This document shows positions 52,400 through 64,000 of a stretch of DNA of 64,000 nt, one piece after another. Both the position numbers and the translations under genes were made by a program. The DNA is from Mobula hypostoma (taxonomy: Eukaryota), in contig NC_086106.1 of NCBI RefSeq assembly GCF_963921235.1, positions 65,286,001 to 65,350,000 on the forward strand, in the 5' to 3' direction. How positions within the stretch are numbered: position 1 is the first letter of the stretch; the number at the start of each line of letters is the position of its first letter. The notes under the pieces were generated by a model. That model was given only the letters and a program-made list of their open reading frames with translations. It was not told the origin of the DNA and made no database searches.

Positions 52400-52860
52400 T
52401 TTGTTATTCGATTCACAGGTAAATTAAAGCATTTTATAGCAGCATCAATTAACTCCCTATTAATCTGTCTGCATTTAAAGTTGAGGGAAAAAAAGGTGTT
52501 GGAGGTGGGCAATTTGAGCAGGACAGTAACCACATTGTCATGGAGATGATCACCTAAAGCCACTCTTTACCTCCCCTTCCTCTCCCACTCCTGGCCTAAT
52601 TTTATTTCCTTTACCTATTCCCTCCTATTACCTCGAAACATCAGTCACAACATTACCAATCCACCTTCCCTGCCTGGCACCAGCTGCTCATCATCTCCTC
52701 CTCATTGGTTCCACCTATCAGCTATCACCTCTGTCTTCTCTCTCTCTCGCCTATATATCAGTGATCTTCCCTCTTCACTTTAGTGCTGATGCATGGTCTC
52801 GATCCCTTAGCCTCCACAGATACTGCGTGACTCACTGAGTTCCTCCTGCAGTTTTTCTTT
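52400..52860 (+). mobile_element. Old PLE 3' end relic
   Basis: Pyrimidine-rich UTR then gtgctgatgcatggtctcga...cctccacagatactgcgtgactcactgagttcctcc. Confidence 0.55.
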
Positions 52861-54619
52861 TAACCACATGGTTGCCTTTGGTCTTATTGAATTAATTACT
52901 ACTGAAATGCTTTGGCCAAAATTGTGCTCAAATCATTTTCATCTTAGAATCTGAAACCAAGGAAGCCACAGAGCCATGTAATATGAAACAGGCTTTTCAA
53001 CCTCACAAGTCTTTTGTTACTCTCAAGGATCAGTTAAACTATTGTTGCATTAATCCTCTGTTATTTGTCCCCACACTTCCATCAGCTCCCCCCGAATCTA
53101 TTATTTATTAAAAAGCTCGGTGCAAATTAATACACTAATCCTTCTTTTTCTGAGAGGCATCATTTGATTCAGGTACCATTATGTATATTGAACAATATAG
53201 TTTGGCTCTTAAAACTGTGTATTTTAGTTTGCGTATTGTTATTTAAATTGAAAACCATTGTGTGAACTATGAATCAGTAACTTTTAGTTGTGGCAGTGAG
53301 GGACATTGATTGGAAACTATATAGAGCATTCCAAGGTCAATCACTGCATCAATCACAGGGTAAAACATTCTCCTGCATACTATTAATATTCCTCCACTGA
53401 ATCAGTCTTCCTCCCCCATTCCCAGTCATACTTGTGTCAATTTATGAAGGATTGCGTTGTAGAATTGGGCTGAGGTAAAGTGAAACAACTGTTCACACAG
53501 TTTGCAAAGGAAGGCTGTTGTACTCCCGTCGGCCTGCTCCACATTCAGACCTCTGCTCCCTCAAGCAAATGGTCAACAATCTAGGTCATTTGGTCCCTAG
53601 ATCGCCAATGCTGTTTCTTCTCATGCAACGTAGTTGCTTCTGTCAAGATAATTTGAAATTAAATATTCTGCGCAGCTGGCCATCTACTCTGCTCCAATTG
53701 AGTATATGTTATATGTATATGATTTATAATACATTATTGATTTGTAGAAAATCAATACTGTGTTTCTCCAAAATCACTTAAGTTCGATATGCAGCTGTAG
53801 GCATGTGATCTAGGGACGTAGTGGGTTACACCAAATTAACTGTGAAATTTTAGCAGATTAGCATACAAGTAACATAATTTAGATACAGGCTACTGTGACC
53901 CACTGTACAACAAAACTAATTACTTTCAAAGATACAATGTTTAAAAAAAATCTGAACCTGTCATGCATTTTCCAGTGATGTATTTAAATGGACAATTATA
54001 TTGTGCCTGACAGATCGGTCAAGAAAGCAGTTCTTACAGCAATATGAAACTGTCAAGCAAAATTAGGGTAATTAATGTAATTAATGCTTGTCTTTTGCCC
54101 TTTTCACAAGGTGGTTCATGGGCAATTCAATCTTGTCTTAATGGTACAAGTGATTTTGCACAGCAATAAGAGAAAGAAATGGATGAATGGCACAATACAT
54201 AGCTGCATAATGTGCTCTGATAGTGTGCTTTTCCTATTCAAGGGAGAGCCTGAGCTGAATTTCTTTTAAAATTGTACATCAATATGTTGCTCAAGGATGT
54301 CACGCTGACCACAGTTGGATTGGGCTTTATTTTAATGAATGAATGATATTCATCAGATTATTTATTTGCTATTTTTGTCTCAGCAATTCCCCCATCCCGC
54401 AACCCAATAATATATTTCTGCAGCTTGTAATACTTCCTGATGGTTAGACACCTAAGGAATACATATTTAACATACTGTAGAAGGATAATCAAGATGTAAA
54501 CAGAATAAGAACAGAAAACCTTGGAAATAGTCAGCAAATCATGCAGCATATGTGGTGAGAGAACCATAGCTACCTTTTCATGTTGATTGCATTTATTAGA
54601 CTATAAGTTTAAAGGAATA

Positions 54620-55200
54620 GGGTGCAACAAGATTTAGAGATTGGGCTCATACAGGTGCGAGGTTTGATCGCTCCATGTGCTGAGCCGATATGCTGAGATA
54701 GAGAACAGCTTCAGGCCAGGCGGCCCAAGCATATCGGGTCACCAGGATCCAGGTCCTAGAACGCGGCACTGCTTGGTGCTTGGACAATTTAAACGTCGAT
54801 CCAAATAGAATGGAAGCCTGAGTGTTGGGTATGGATGTGTGGGTGGGCTGATTTCACTCTCTCTCCTGCGAATTATTATTCCTTTCTCCATGGCACCGAG
54901 GCTGTGGCTGCTGTGTGTTTCTGCCCCGCTGGTGTGATGAACTGGGAACTGAGGCTTTGGGCCTACTCCCGCTACTCCAGGTGTGGATCTGGGACTCAGC
55001 CTGGTTCAGGATGCTGTTGGCTCGCTCCTATTGTTTATATGATGTCTGTTTTTTCTGTCCCTCTCTTCCTCTGTGCAGTGGTTTTTGGTCTTTTTTTTTA
55101 ATTGGGTTTTTTGGCTTTGTGGCTACCTAGAAACCTACACATTTCGAGGTGGATCATTTATACAGTCTTTGATAATAAATGTGCCTTGATTCTTTGAATC
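54620..55200 (+). mobile_element. Non-autonomous element with Rex1/Babar-like 3' end
   Basis: Ends tttgataataaatgtgccttgattctttgaatc; architecture similar to 21419-22117. Confidence 0.45.
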
Positions 55201-57149
55201 AGTGACATGTGTACCTGTTGTATGTTATATGTATATCTAAACCATTTGATGTAGATCTAAGGTGAATATTTCTGAGACAGAAACTGAAGTACAGTTTTGT
55301 TATGCTAGGGAGCAGAGTTATCATAGAGTTGTGACAATCATCCTGCAAGGACCATCTTCCCCACCTCCTGCTCATCAAAGTGGGCATCATCCTCAACCTG
55401 TGGGTTGTCCCAGAGAGAGATCAGGAGAAAATAAAAGTGACCAGCAGTCTCAGGCCCAGCGTTCTAATGTTGCTTGGGACTTGTTTCCTGCTTAGATTTT
55501 TGGCTGTAGCTCCTGGGTTGTAACAAGAAATCCTGAAGTGTTCTCTTCATGTCCTGGGAAGAAAGGAATTCCTCAAAACACACAAATCAAGAGATGAAAT
55601 TCTATCAGAAAACGCACAGTTATTTCAGACAATGACCGAAGCCTCACCCGACCTCTTTGTTCAATGATCCAGTAATGATCGCTGTTTGCCCTCACTGAGG
55701 TCGTAGGACACAGGAGGTAGTCCATACTGCTAGGTTTCACTGTAGACCTTCACTGCCTGATGACATTGCAGCATGCCAGGGTCAGGCCAGCAGAGAATAT
55801 TAAATGTATAACCCCCCCTTGTGCCTTGGAGAATGAGCCAACAATGACTCAAACTTCAGGCTCCAAATATGCGTAAGTACATAGCTCAAAGGTGGAGTTC
55901 AGCATGGCAACTGAAGCTGGGGTTGACCACGGTTCTAGAGTGAAAGGATCTTCTCTCAGGAAGATATCCCCATTATTGTGATCCTGATTATATTTAATCA
56001 GCTCCACTGTTTGCATGCCCAACATCAAATGCATACTCTTTCCCAAACTCTGCCTCAGAAGGTCATTGCTAGTTGGACAACATTTCAGAGGACGTTCTCA
56101 AAGCTGTCTTGAAGATGCTGGCGGCCCCTGACCCATGACTGTTTAAAGTGGACATTAAGGGAAGAAGCATCCTGGGACTTGCAAATGGAAGTGCAGATTC
56201 TATTTTCACAGAGCTCAATATCTGTCTCTCTTGTTGGTTGTTTATCGTGGATGGAAATATTCAGGATGGCATGAAGAACTTTTGAGTACATGCTTCAGTA
56301 GAAGCCCGACATAAGGAGAAGGATTGCTACATATCTACTTGGTAGCTCCTGTTCCATTTATTATAGACTCTACATGTTGCATATTAGTCTTGTCTGCCAT
56401 CTCAGTACACAGAGAACAGGCAAGTAATCCTGAATCCTGAGAAAGCACCTGTCAAGGGAGGAAGATGTTGAAATCCTCTATGAAAATATTGCCTTTTCAC
56501 TCAGGCTATACTTCCATCAATGAAACTCATGACGCTTCCTATCTAAATGTCATCAGAAAACGTGGATGTGTGGTCGTCTATCCATCAAAACCATTAACAA
56601 GTTTGGTGAACTTTTGAACTCAAAAACCAATCCATTTATTTCTTTTCTGGATGCATGCAGCTAGTCTAACAACCTACAACCCCCCACCCCCATTCTATAT
56701 TTTCATGCACTCACTAATTGCCTAAACGAACATTAGACTGTAAAAAAATTGAAACAAGATTGGCTGTTTTTAACACCTCAGATATCATATAATTATGGCT
56801 GCTTGACCCCAGGCCTCTACTCCACTTCTGTGCCCGTTCCACAAAGCCCTGAATTCCCTGATCTTTACAAAAAGGTTTATCTATCTTCTTTTTGTATCTT
56901 TGTGGATCAAGAATTCCAGAGCACCACACCTCCTATGATGTGAAATTCCTATGCAGTCTTAAATGCCAAGCTCCTTTTCTTGTAACTATGTCCTCTAGTT
57001 TAAATCAATGTACCTTATTTTTAAGTTACATGTGAGAGTTATGAAGAAGTACACCCAGAAGGCCATATAAATGTCAATGATATGTATACTTGCGTTGTAC
57101 CATTGTCGGCACTTTAAAACATTTTTATTGGGATAACACGATTGCTCAG

Positions 57150-57390
57150 CTAATCTCAGGTGCAGTGTATGTAGAGTTTGCATGTTCTTCCTGTAACCGT
57201 GTTGGTTTACGTCTCCTCCCAGATCCCAGTTGATCCTAGCGTGCAGGTGTGTGGTAGAATCTGGAGACAGCTGATCAGAATTTAGGGAGAATGAGAAGTG
57301 GGATTAATGTAGTCTGAGTGTAAGTGGGTAGAATGGACCCAGTGGGCCTAGTGTTCAGTTTCCATGCTGCATAGACATATGAGTTAGTAA
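57150..57390 (+). mobile_element. Decayed V-SINE
   Basis: tgtatgtagagtttgcatgttcttcctgtaaccgtgttggtttac...; CR1-like tail. Confidence 0.6.
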
Positions 57391-59249
57391 GTTACATGAG
57401 TGTAATTATGTGGCGCAGTCTCATTGCAATGGCCAGTTACTGTGCTGTATCACTAACTAAATAAATCATAAGTGTTTCTATAACTCGGTGATTTGAAGCA
57501 TTGAATCAGACTCACCAGTCACACCCTATCTGATCCAATTCAAATTTCTGATCTGCTGAAAACTGTCAAGGTGTTCAGATAATCTGTCCTTAATTATAGA
57601 TTCTATTAATTTCCTGACGGTGTAGAGTTTGCCCGTTTCCCTCCCACTATTTATAACAGTTCCAGATCAAGGCAACAATGGAAGACAATGATTATGGTAT
57701 CGGCAGTGTTCCCTCAGAATGGAAACCGCGTATTCCTTAGGTTTCTTAGTTGTCATCATTTCTTCTTTACATATTTTGTTTATATTAAGTTCCTACTTTA
57801 ATTTGATATAAATTTCCTTGGAATATTTTGATTCATATGAGTAGTCTCATACATGAAGAGTGACAAGAGCTAATTACAGAATCAGCATATCATTTCCTTT
57901 ATCTTCACAGTTCCATTTCAGCCATAGTCTGCTTTTCATGCTATTGTAAATTTGTGTTGTTGATTTTGCAACCCTATACAGTCTTCTTTCCCTCATCTTT
58001 ATTTCACTTCTGGCACTGTATCACCTTTGTTATTATTAGTTTTTTTTTTCAGTTGTTTTCCATTTTTACTTTTTGCATGCTGTCTCTTTTTTCCATTATG
58101 ATGGCTATTTTATCTTTAGTCATCCATGGTTCTTTTTTGGCAAGTAAAGTTGCTTACAATTAGAGATGTAAGCTGCTCTTGTATCACAATATACTACACA
58201 AGAATAAATCATAAAAAGAGATATAAAATTATAAAAGGCAGTAATAGATGGACCACATTGTTTCATCAAGATCTTCTTCTGAGTTTGAGTTTGCATTTTG
58301 CTCATCATTAGGTAACAGAAAAGAACCTTATCAGCCAGGCCAGTTCTTATATGATGCTATAAACCCTTTAATGGTTGTGGATTATATACCACCAACCGTG
58401 ACATCTGAACTATTTCGCTGAGACTATTGATTTGGCAGTTTCAGTAGCACAAGGGGAGCCTTCTTTTAATCGAGAGATCTGCAGTGTAACATCTTACCTT
58501 TTTAAAACTTAAGTGCCTTGTAATAACATGGTATTAGAAATATTGCAGATTGAAGGTACTTAGCAAGCTTTGTCACTAAGCCAAAATCTCCTCTCTCACG
58601 TCATTCTAAATTATTTTTCACATTAACAATAATTTTGAACTAAAATTATTCTGACATTAATAGTGACATCATTCAAATCTAAATGCCATCTGTAATCACT
58701 TGGTAATATTTTGGTCAATTTCTATTAATGGCTTCCGTGAGTGCAATGGACTTGAGGGCATTCAGCTAGCCTATTGTTTCCTGCAGGGGAGAGTTAGCTG
58801 CATAAATGGAGCTCTCCATTAAGATTCCTATATTTAAATATACTTGCTGACAAAAAATTAAAATATCTAAACCCATGCAAACCCCTCAGTGTTGTGCACC
58901 ATGTCAATCAGGCTTGCTAATATGGTCAAGGTCGGCAGAATATGCTAATTTGTGCAAACAGGTGATTCAAGCGAGTCCACACATTACCGTAAGGTATGCC
59001 AAAAGATGAGTATTGGTCTTTTCCATGATCCTTTTCATGGTGAATCTGCTATCTTTCCATCAGCCACTTAAAGTCTGTGATGATTCCAGCATAAATGATA
59101 GACGTATTTTGCATCGAAAATATCCTATTAGCAAATCTATTCAGTAATAGTGTCCTAGAGATAGAAGGGGATGCAACGAGGCAACAGGACCTTCAGCTCA
59201 CTGTCTGCACTGGCCATCAATGCTTCATTCGCCCCAATTTTTATTCTCT

Positions 59250-59420
59250 TCAGTTCCCCCAGATTCTACCACTCCCCAACACATTGGGGCCAATTAACCT
59301 ACCAACCGCATATCTTTGGGTTGTGGAAGGCGAATGGAGCACCCAAGGCAAACCCAGCAGTCCCAGGGAGAACATGCAAACTCTGCATAGGTACAACAGC
59401 CAAGAGCAGGATTGAAACCA
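59250..59420 (-). mobile_element. Decayed V-SINE
   Basis: gcatatctttgggttgtggaaggcgaatggagcaccc...gagaacatgcaaactc is the antisense V-domain. Confidence 0.65.
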
Positions 59421-59999
59421 GGAAAGTTCTGTGCAGAAAGATGAGTCACCGCAGTTTAATAAAATTCCAGGTGTTTTCCGGTACTTCCCATCCTTTACTG
59501 TCATTTGTCGTCTAGTCCTCTGAAAAGTATGTGAAATCATTGAGATTTTCTCAGACTCCTGTTGTATTGCTTTTCCTTATGTTGAAACTTAAACCCATGC
59601 CCAACTTAAGGTGTACTGAAAATGTGAAATCTGTGATATAAAACACAATTTCTGCCTTGTAATGTTCCAACACATTTATACATCCAGGTACACAGAAAAT
59701 GGAGCTGATGTCTTTTATTCTCTTGTTCTACACAATAAGTGCTATCGTGGTGGCTTCAAAGGCAGCAAAGTCTATGTGATGACTTGGCCAGGGCTGTGTA
59801 ATGGTAGGACCCCAAACCCAGAGTGTCTACAGTCTGCTAGAACAAAAGGCAAGCTGGGGAAAGCCCTTTATCTTGGGATGGGCAATTTAAAAGACTGATA
59901 AATCTATACATTTTTATACAATAAAATCAGCAAAAAAGGAAGTAATTTTTAAATATTTGAAAATTAAAAACAGTAAATTAAAATTCCATTTTGTAGAAT

Positions 60000-60270
60000 C
60001 ACAAAGCACAGAAACTGATCCCTTAGCCACTGAGTCTGTGGTGACCATTAAGTGCCTGTTAGCACTAAGACCTCTTTACTGTGCCCACCTCATTCACTGG
60101 GGACAATACCTATTAGTATATTAACTTTACAACTTGCATTTGGGATGTGGAGGAAACTGGGACTCTTGGAATAAAACTGCACAGTTATCGAGAGAACGTG
60201 CAAATTCCACGTGGACATTGTATGAGGTTAGGGTTGCTGGAGCTGTAAAGCACCAACTCTACTTGTTGAA
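60000..60270 (-). mobile_element. Decayed V-SINE
   Basis: ttgggatgtggaggaaactgggactc...gagaacgtgcaaattccac is the antisense V-domain. Confidence 0.6.
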
Positions 60271-60293
60271 ATTAATAGGTCCTCAGATCCTTT

Positions 60294-62310
60294 AATAGAA
60301 CATAGAATAGTACAGCACAGTATAGGCCCTTCGGCCCACAGTGTTGTACCGACCTTTAAACCCTGCCTCCCATATAACCCCCACCTTAAATTCCTCCATA
60401 TACCTGTCTAGTAGTCTCTTAAATTTCACTAGCATATCTGCCTCCACCACTGACTCAGGCAGTGTATTCCACACACCAACCACTCTCTGAGTAAAAAACC
60501 TTCCTCTAGTATCCCCCTTGAACTTCCCACCCCTTACCTTAAAGCCATATCCTCTTGTATTGAGCAGTGGTGCCCTGGGGAAGAGGAGCTGTCTGTCCAC
60601 TCTATCTATTCCTCTTATCATCTTGTATACCTCTATCATGTCTCCTCTCATCATCCTCCTCTCCAAAGAGTAAAGCCCGAGCTCCCTTAATCTCTGATCA
60701 TAATGCATACTCTCTAAACCAGGTAGCATCCTGGTAAATCTCCTCTGTACCCTTGCCAATGCTTCCACATCTTTCCTATAGTGAGGCAGCCAGTACTCCA
60801 GGTGTGGCCTAACCAGAGTTTTATAAAGCTGCATCAATACCTCGCGACTCTTAAACACTATCCCTCAACTTATGAAAGCTAACACCCCATAAGCTTTCTT
60901 AACTACCCTATCTACCTGTGAGGCAACTTTCAGGAATATGTGGACATGCACCCCCAGATCCGTCTGCTCCTCCACACTACCAAGTATCCTGCCATTTACT
61001 TTGTACTCTGCTTTGGAGTTTGTCCTTCCAAAGTGTACCACGTCACACTTCTCTGGGTTGAACTCCATCTGCCACTTCTCAGCCTACTTCTGCATCTTAT
61101 CAATGTCTCTCTGCAATCTTCGACAATCCTCTACACTATCTACAACACCACCAACCTTTGTGTCGTCTGTAAACTTGCCAACCCACACATCCAGGTCGTT
61201 AACAAAAATCATGAAAAGTAGAGGTCCCAGAACCGATCCTTGTAGGACACCACTAGTCACAACCCTCCAATCCGAATGTACTCCCTCCACCACGACCCTC
61301 TGCCTTCTGTAGGCAAGCCAATTCTGAATCCACCTGGTTAAACTTCCCTGGATCCCATGCCTTCTGACTTCCTGAATAAGCCTACAGAAGGGAACTTGTC
61401 AAATGCCTTACTAAAATCCATGTAGATCACATCCACTACACTACCCTCATCTATATACCTGGTCACCTCCTCAAAGAACTCTATCGGGCTTGTTAGACAC
61501 AATCTGCCCTCCACAAAGCCATGCTGACTGTCCCTGATAAGACCATGATTCTCTAAATGCCCATAGATCCTATCTCTAAGAATCTTTTCCAACAGCTTTC
61601 CCACCACAGACGTAAGGCTCACTGGTCTATAATTACCCGGACTATCCCTACTACCTTTTTTGAACAAGGGGACAACATTCACCTCCCTCCAATCCTCCAG
61701 TACCATTCCCGTGGACAACGAGGACATAAAGATCCTAGCCAGCGGCTCAGCAATCTCTTCCCTCGCCTCGTGGAGCAGCCTCGGGAATATTCCATCATGC
61801 CCTGGGGACTTATCCGTCCTAATGTATTTTAACAACTCCAACACCTCCTTTCCCTTAATATCAACATGCTCCAGAACATCAAACTCACTCATATTGTCCT
61901 CACCGTCATCAAGTTCCCTCTCATTGTTGAATACCAAAGAGAAGTATTCATTGAGGACCTCGCTCACTTCCACAGCTCCCAGGCACATCTTCCCACTTTT
62001 ATCTCTAATCGGTACTACCTTCACTCCTGTCATCCTTTTGTTCTTCACATAATTGAAGAATACTTGGGGTTTTCCTTTACCCTACTCGCCAAGGCCTTCT
62101 CATGCCCCCTTCTTGCTCTTCTCAGCCCCTTCTTAAGCTCCTTCCTTGCTTCCCTATATTCTTCAATAGACCCATCTGATCCTTGCTTCCTAAACCTCAT
62201 GTATGCTGCCTTTTTCCACCTGACTAGATTTTCCACCTCACTTGCCACCCATGGTTCCTTCACCCTACTACCATTCTTTATCTTCCTCACGGGGACAAAT
62301 TTATCCCTAA
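60294..62310 (-). mobile_element. CR1 LINE, 5'-truncated (~2 kb), RT pseudogene
   Basis: KSPGHDGIFPRLL, PLFKKGSRDSPGNYRPVSLTSVVGKLLE, YMDFSKAFDK, SGVLQGSVLGPLLF..FVNDL...KFTDDTK, LYKTLVRPHLEY. (TTCTA)-type tail at 60294-60310. Several frameshifts. Confidence 0.95.
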
Positions 62311-62976
62311 ACATCGACCAGGTGTAAGCAGGACTGGGAGACAAAATGCTGGAGAGTGCCAAAAGGACAAGGCCCTACAGGACCTTGTGAGGGACCTTAG
62401 TAGGAAGTTGTGAGGGTTTAGGATGGCAATATGTGCTATGGGTGTATACAGACTAGGATGAAACAGCACAAAATAACTCAAGGCATTGGATCATAAGATT
62501 ACATTATCTATAAGCCAAGACTAGTGGTTAGGATCAAATCTAGAAGGCAAGTAAAAATGATAGAAACCTTATTTATCCTGTTCTGGTGATATTAGTGAGG
62601 ATATCTCATTAGTACATATAAAAGCTCAGGAGTGCCAAAGGCACTTAGAATTGATGTGCAGCCCATGATTATAAGTTTTTTCTATCATTCCAACTAACTG
62701 TGCATTTCAAAGCATTTAGCATTGGTGAACCTCCAGAATCATGTAGAGTCTTTCGGAATTAAAGGTCAACCTCCAGGAAATCATACTTTCATTTTATTTG
62801 GCTCATTTTGCTCATTAGTTACAAAAATATTGGAGAAGAGTTAGGTTTTTTTTTGACTGTCAGTCAGATTATCCATTTGGATGAGCGACGATGCACCGTT
62901 AGGTGAGATGCATCAGGCAGCCAGTAGTGGCAATGTAGCCAGTCAAAACTAGAAAGATAGGTAAATAAAAATCCCA

Positions 62977-63193
62977 TGAACAACAGGAATTCTGCAGATG
63001 CTGGAAATTCAAGCAACATACATCAAAGTTGCTGGTGAACGCAGCAGGCCAAGCAGCATCTATAGGAAGAGGCGCAGTCGACGTTTCAGGCCGAGTCCTG
63101 ACGAAGGGTCTCGGCCTGAAACGTCGACTGCGCCTCTTCCTATAGATGCTGCTTGGCCTGCTGCGTTCACCAGCAACTTTGATGTATGTTGCT
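62977..63193. mobile_element. Very young hairpin mini-element made of inverted PLE terminal repeats; 15-bp TSD
   Basis: Perfect 85-bp inverted repeat 63011-63095 / 63110-63194 with 14-nt spacer. TAAATAAAAATCCCA at 62962-62976 and 63194-63208. Confidence 0.92.
63094..63129 (+). ncRNA. Minimal type I hammerhead ribozyme motif, intact core, PCDH19 sense strand
   Basis: AGTC CTGACGA A GGGT CTCG GCCT GAAA CG TC GACT; predicted cleavage 3' of C63125. Confidence 0.82.
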
Positions 63194-64000
63194 TAAATAA
63201 AAATCCCAACTGCACTCAGCCAAAGTTAGCTACTTTAAAATTACACAGTCTGTTATTTATGACTGGTGCTAAATAAATCACCAAAGGAAGGAACACAAAA
63301 TACCCAGGGCTGGTGAATGGCATTGGCCTAGATGGGTCAGCAAGGATTTGGATGAATTGATGAACCAGTTACTATGCTGTTTGCCGATGATTCTTCAAAG
63401 TGCATGCTAAAAGTTTCCTGTTGTAAAAATCCGTTTGTGGATTATTTTAAGTGAACTATAAGATTAGTGCACTGTACAACTGTAAGATTAACACGCTGTA
63501 CAACTGTAAGATTACCACACAATGCAACTGACTCATAACCCCAACAATCCATTCATTTGTTAATGAAACTATGAGGGGACAATGTATGATACAGCTGTTA
63601 TCATTCCCTGCAGAGCACTGCTTTGTTATAGTGCTCTTGGCCACTCTGAACACTCACAGATATTTACATACTGGATCTATTTCAAAATAGAAGTCCTCTT
63701 GGGCTGTATGTTGTCCACAGATGTGTCAGGAACCTGCTGTAAATCTGTGCCCTCTGATGGGGTTCCCATAACATTAAATCGTCCATGGCACAGTGTGGAG
63801 CAGCTGCCTGCCAGGGCTGGTGATGAACAGGCTGAAACAAGCATTCATTCCCTTGTTGCTCAGTGCTCAGAGGTATGCGGTGGCCAGTGTTGTGAGTGTG
63901 GCCCATTACAGAGGACTGGCACCACCTGCTTAAACCTGTTGACAGACCACTTGTATCCTATAGCCACACCTTCCTTGTTGGACAAGATGGAAGCTGCTGT

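Larger units (their letters stand above)
5974..64000 (+). other. PCDH19: Probable single large PCDH19 intron (>58 kb, open-ended)
   Basis: No sequence encoding the expected next peptide (TENYSFDSNYVNSRAHLIK-like) was seen. The manual scan could have missed a ~60-bp exon. Confidence 0.65.

Noticed and set aside
55500-56620. Possible old L1/Tx1-type LINE (also 63690-64000)
   Set aside because: Composition is suggestive, but I could not recover convincing peptide motifs by eye.
63455-63515. 24-bp tandem duplication (ctgtacaactgtaagatta) and similar small duplications at ~17320-17380 and ~28175-28207
   Set aside because: Ordinary slippage duplications with no further structure.

Overview
Eukaryotic, vertebrate genomic DNA. 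The repeat content (HE1-like V-SINEs, CR1, Rex1/Babar, Penelope-like elements) suggests a cartilaginous fish, probably a ray; this is inference. The only host gene is protocadherin-19 (PCDH19) on the + strand. It has a CpG-rich promoter and 5' leader (~2.7-3.5 kb) and one ~2.46-kb coding exon (3517-5973: signal peptide, six cadherin repeats, TM, proximal cytoplasmic tail) ending at a GT donor. I found no further PCDH19 exon by eye, so the remaining ~58 kb is probably one intron. It is filled with Penelope-like elements (PLEs), CR1 and Rex1/Babar LINEs, SINEs, a Tigger/pogo-type DNA transposon derivative, a retroviral pol remnant, a solo LTR and two minisatellites grown inside transposons. The most striking signal is about nine minimal hammerhead-ribozyme motifs in PLE termini. 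Several sit in short inverted (hairpin) insertions, including a very young 217-bp element with perfect 85-bp arms, an intact ribozyme core on the PCDH19 sense strand and a 15-bp target-site duplication (TSD). This exon also lacks the intron(s) that split the same region in human PCDH19. Boundaries of decayed repeats are approximate, and family names come from motif recognition rather than database searches.
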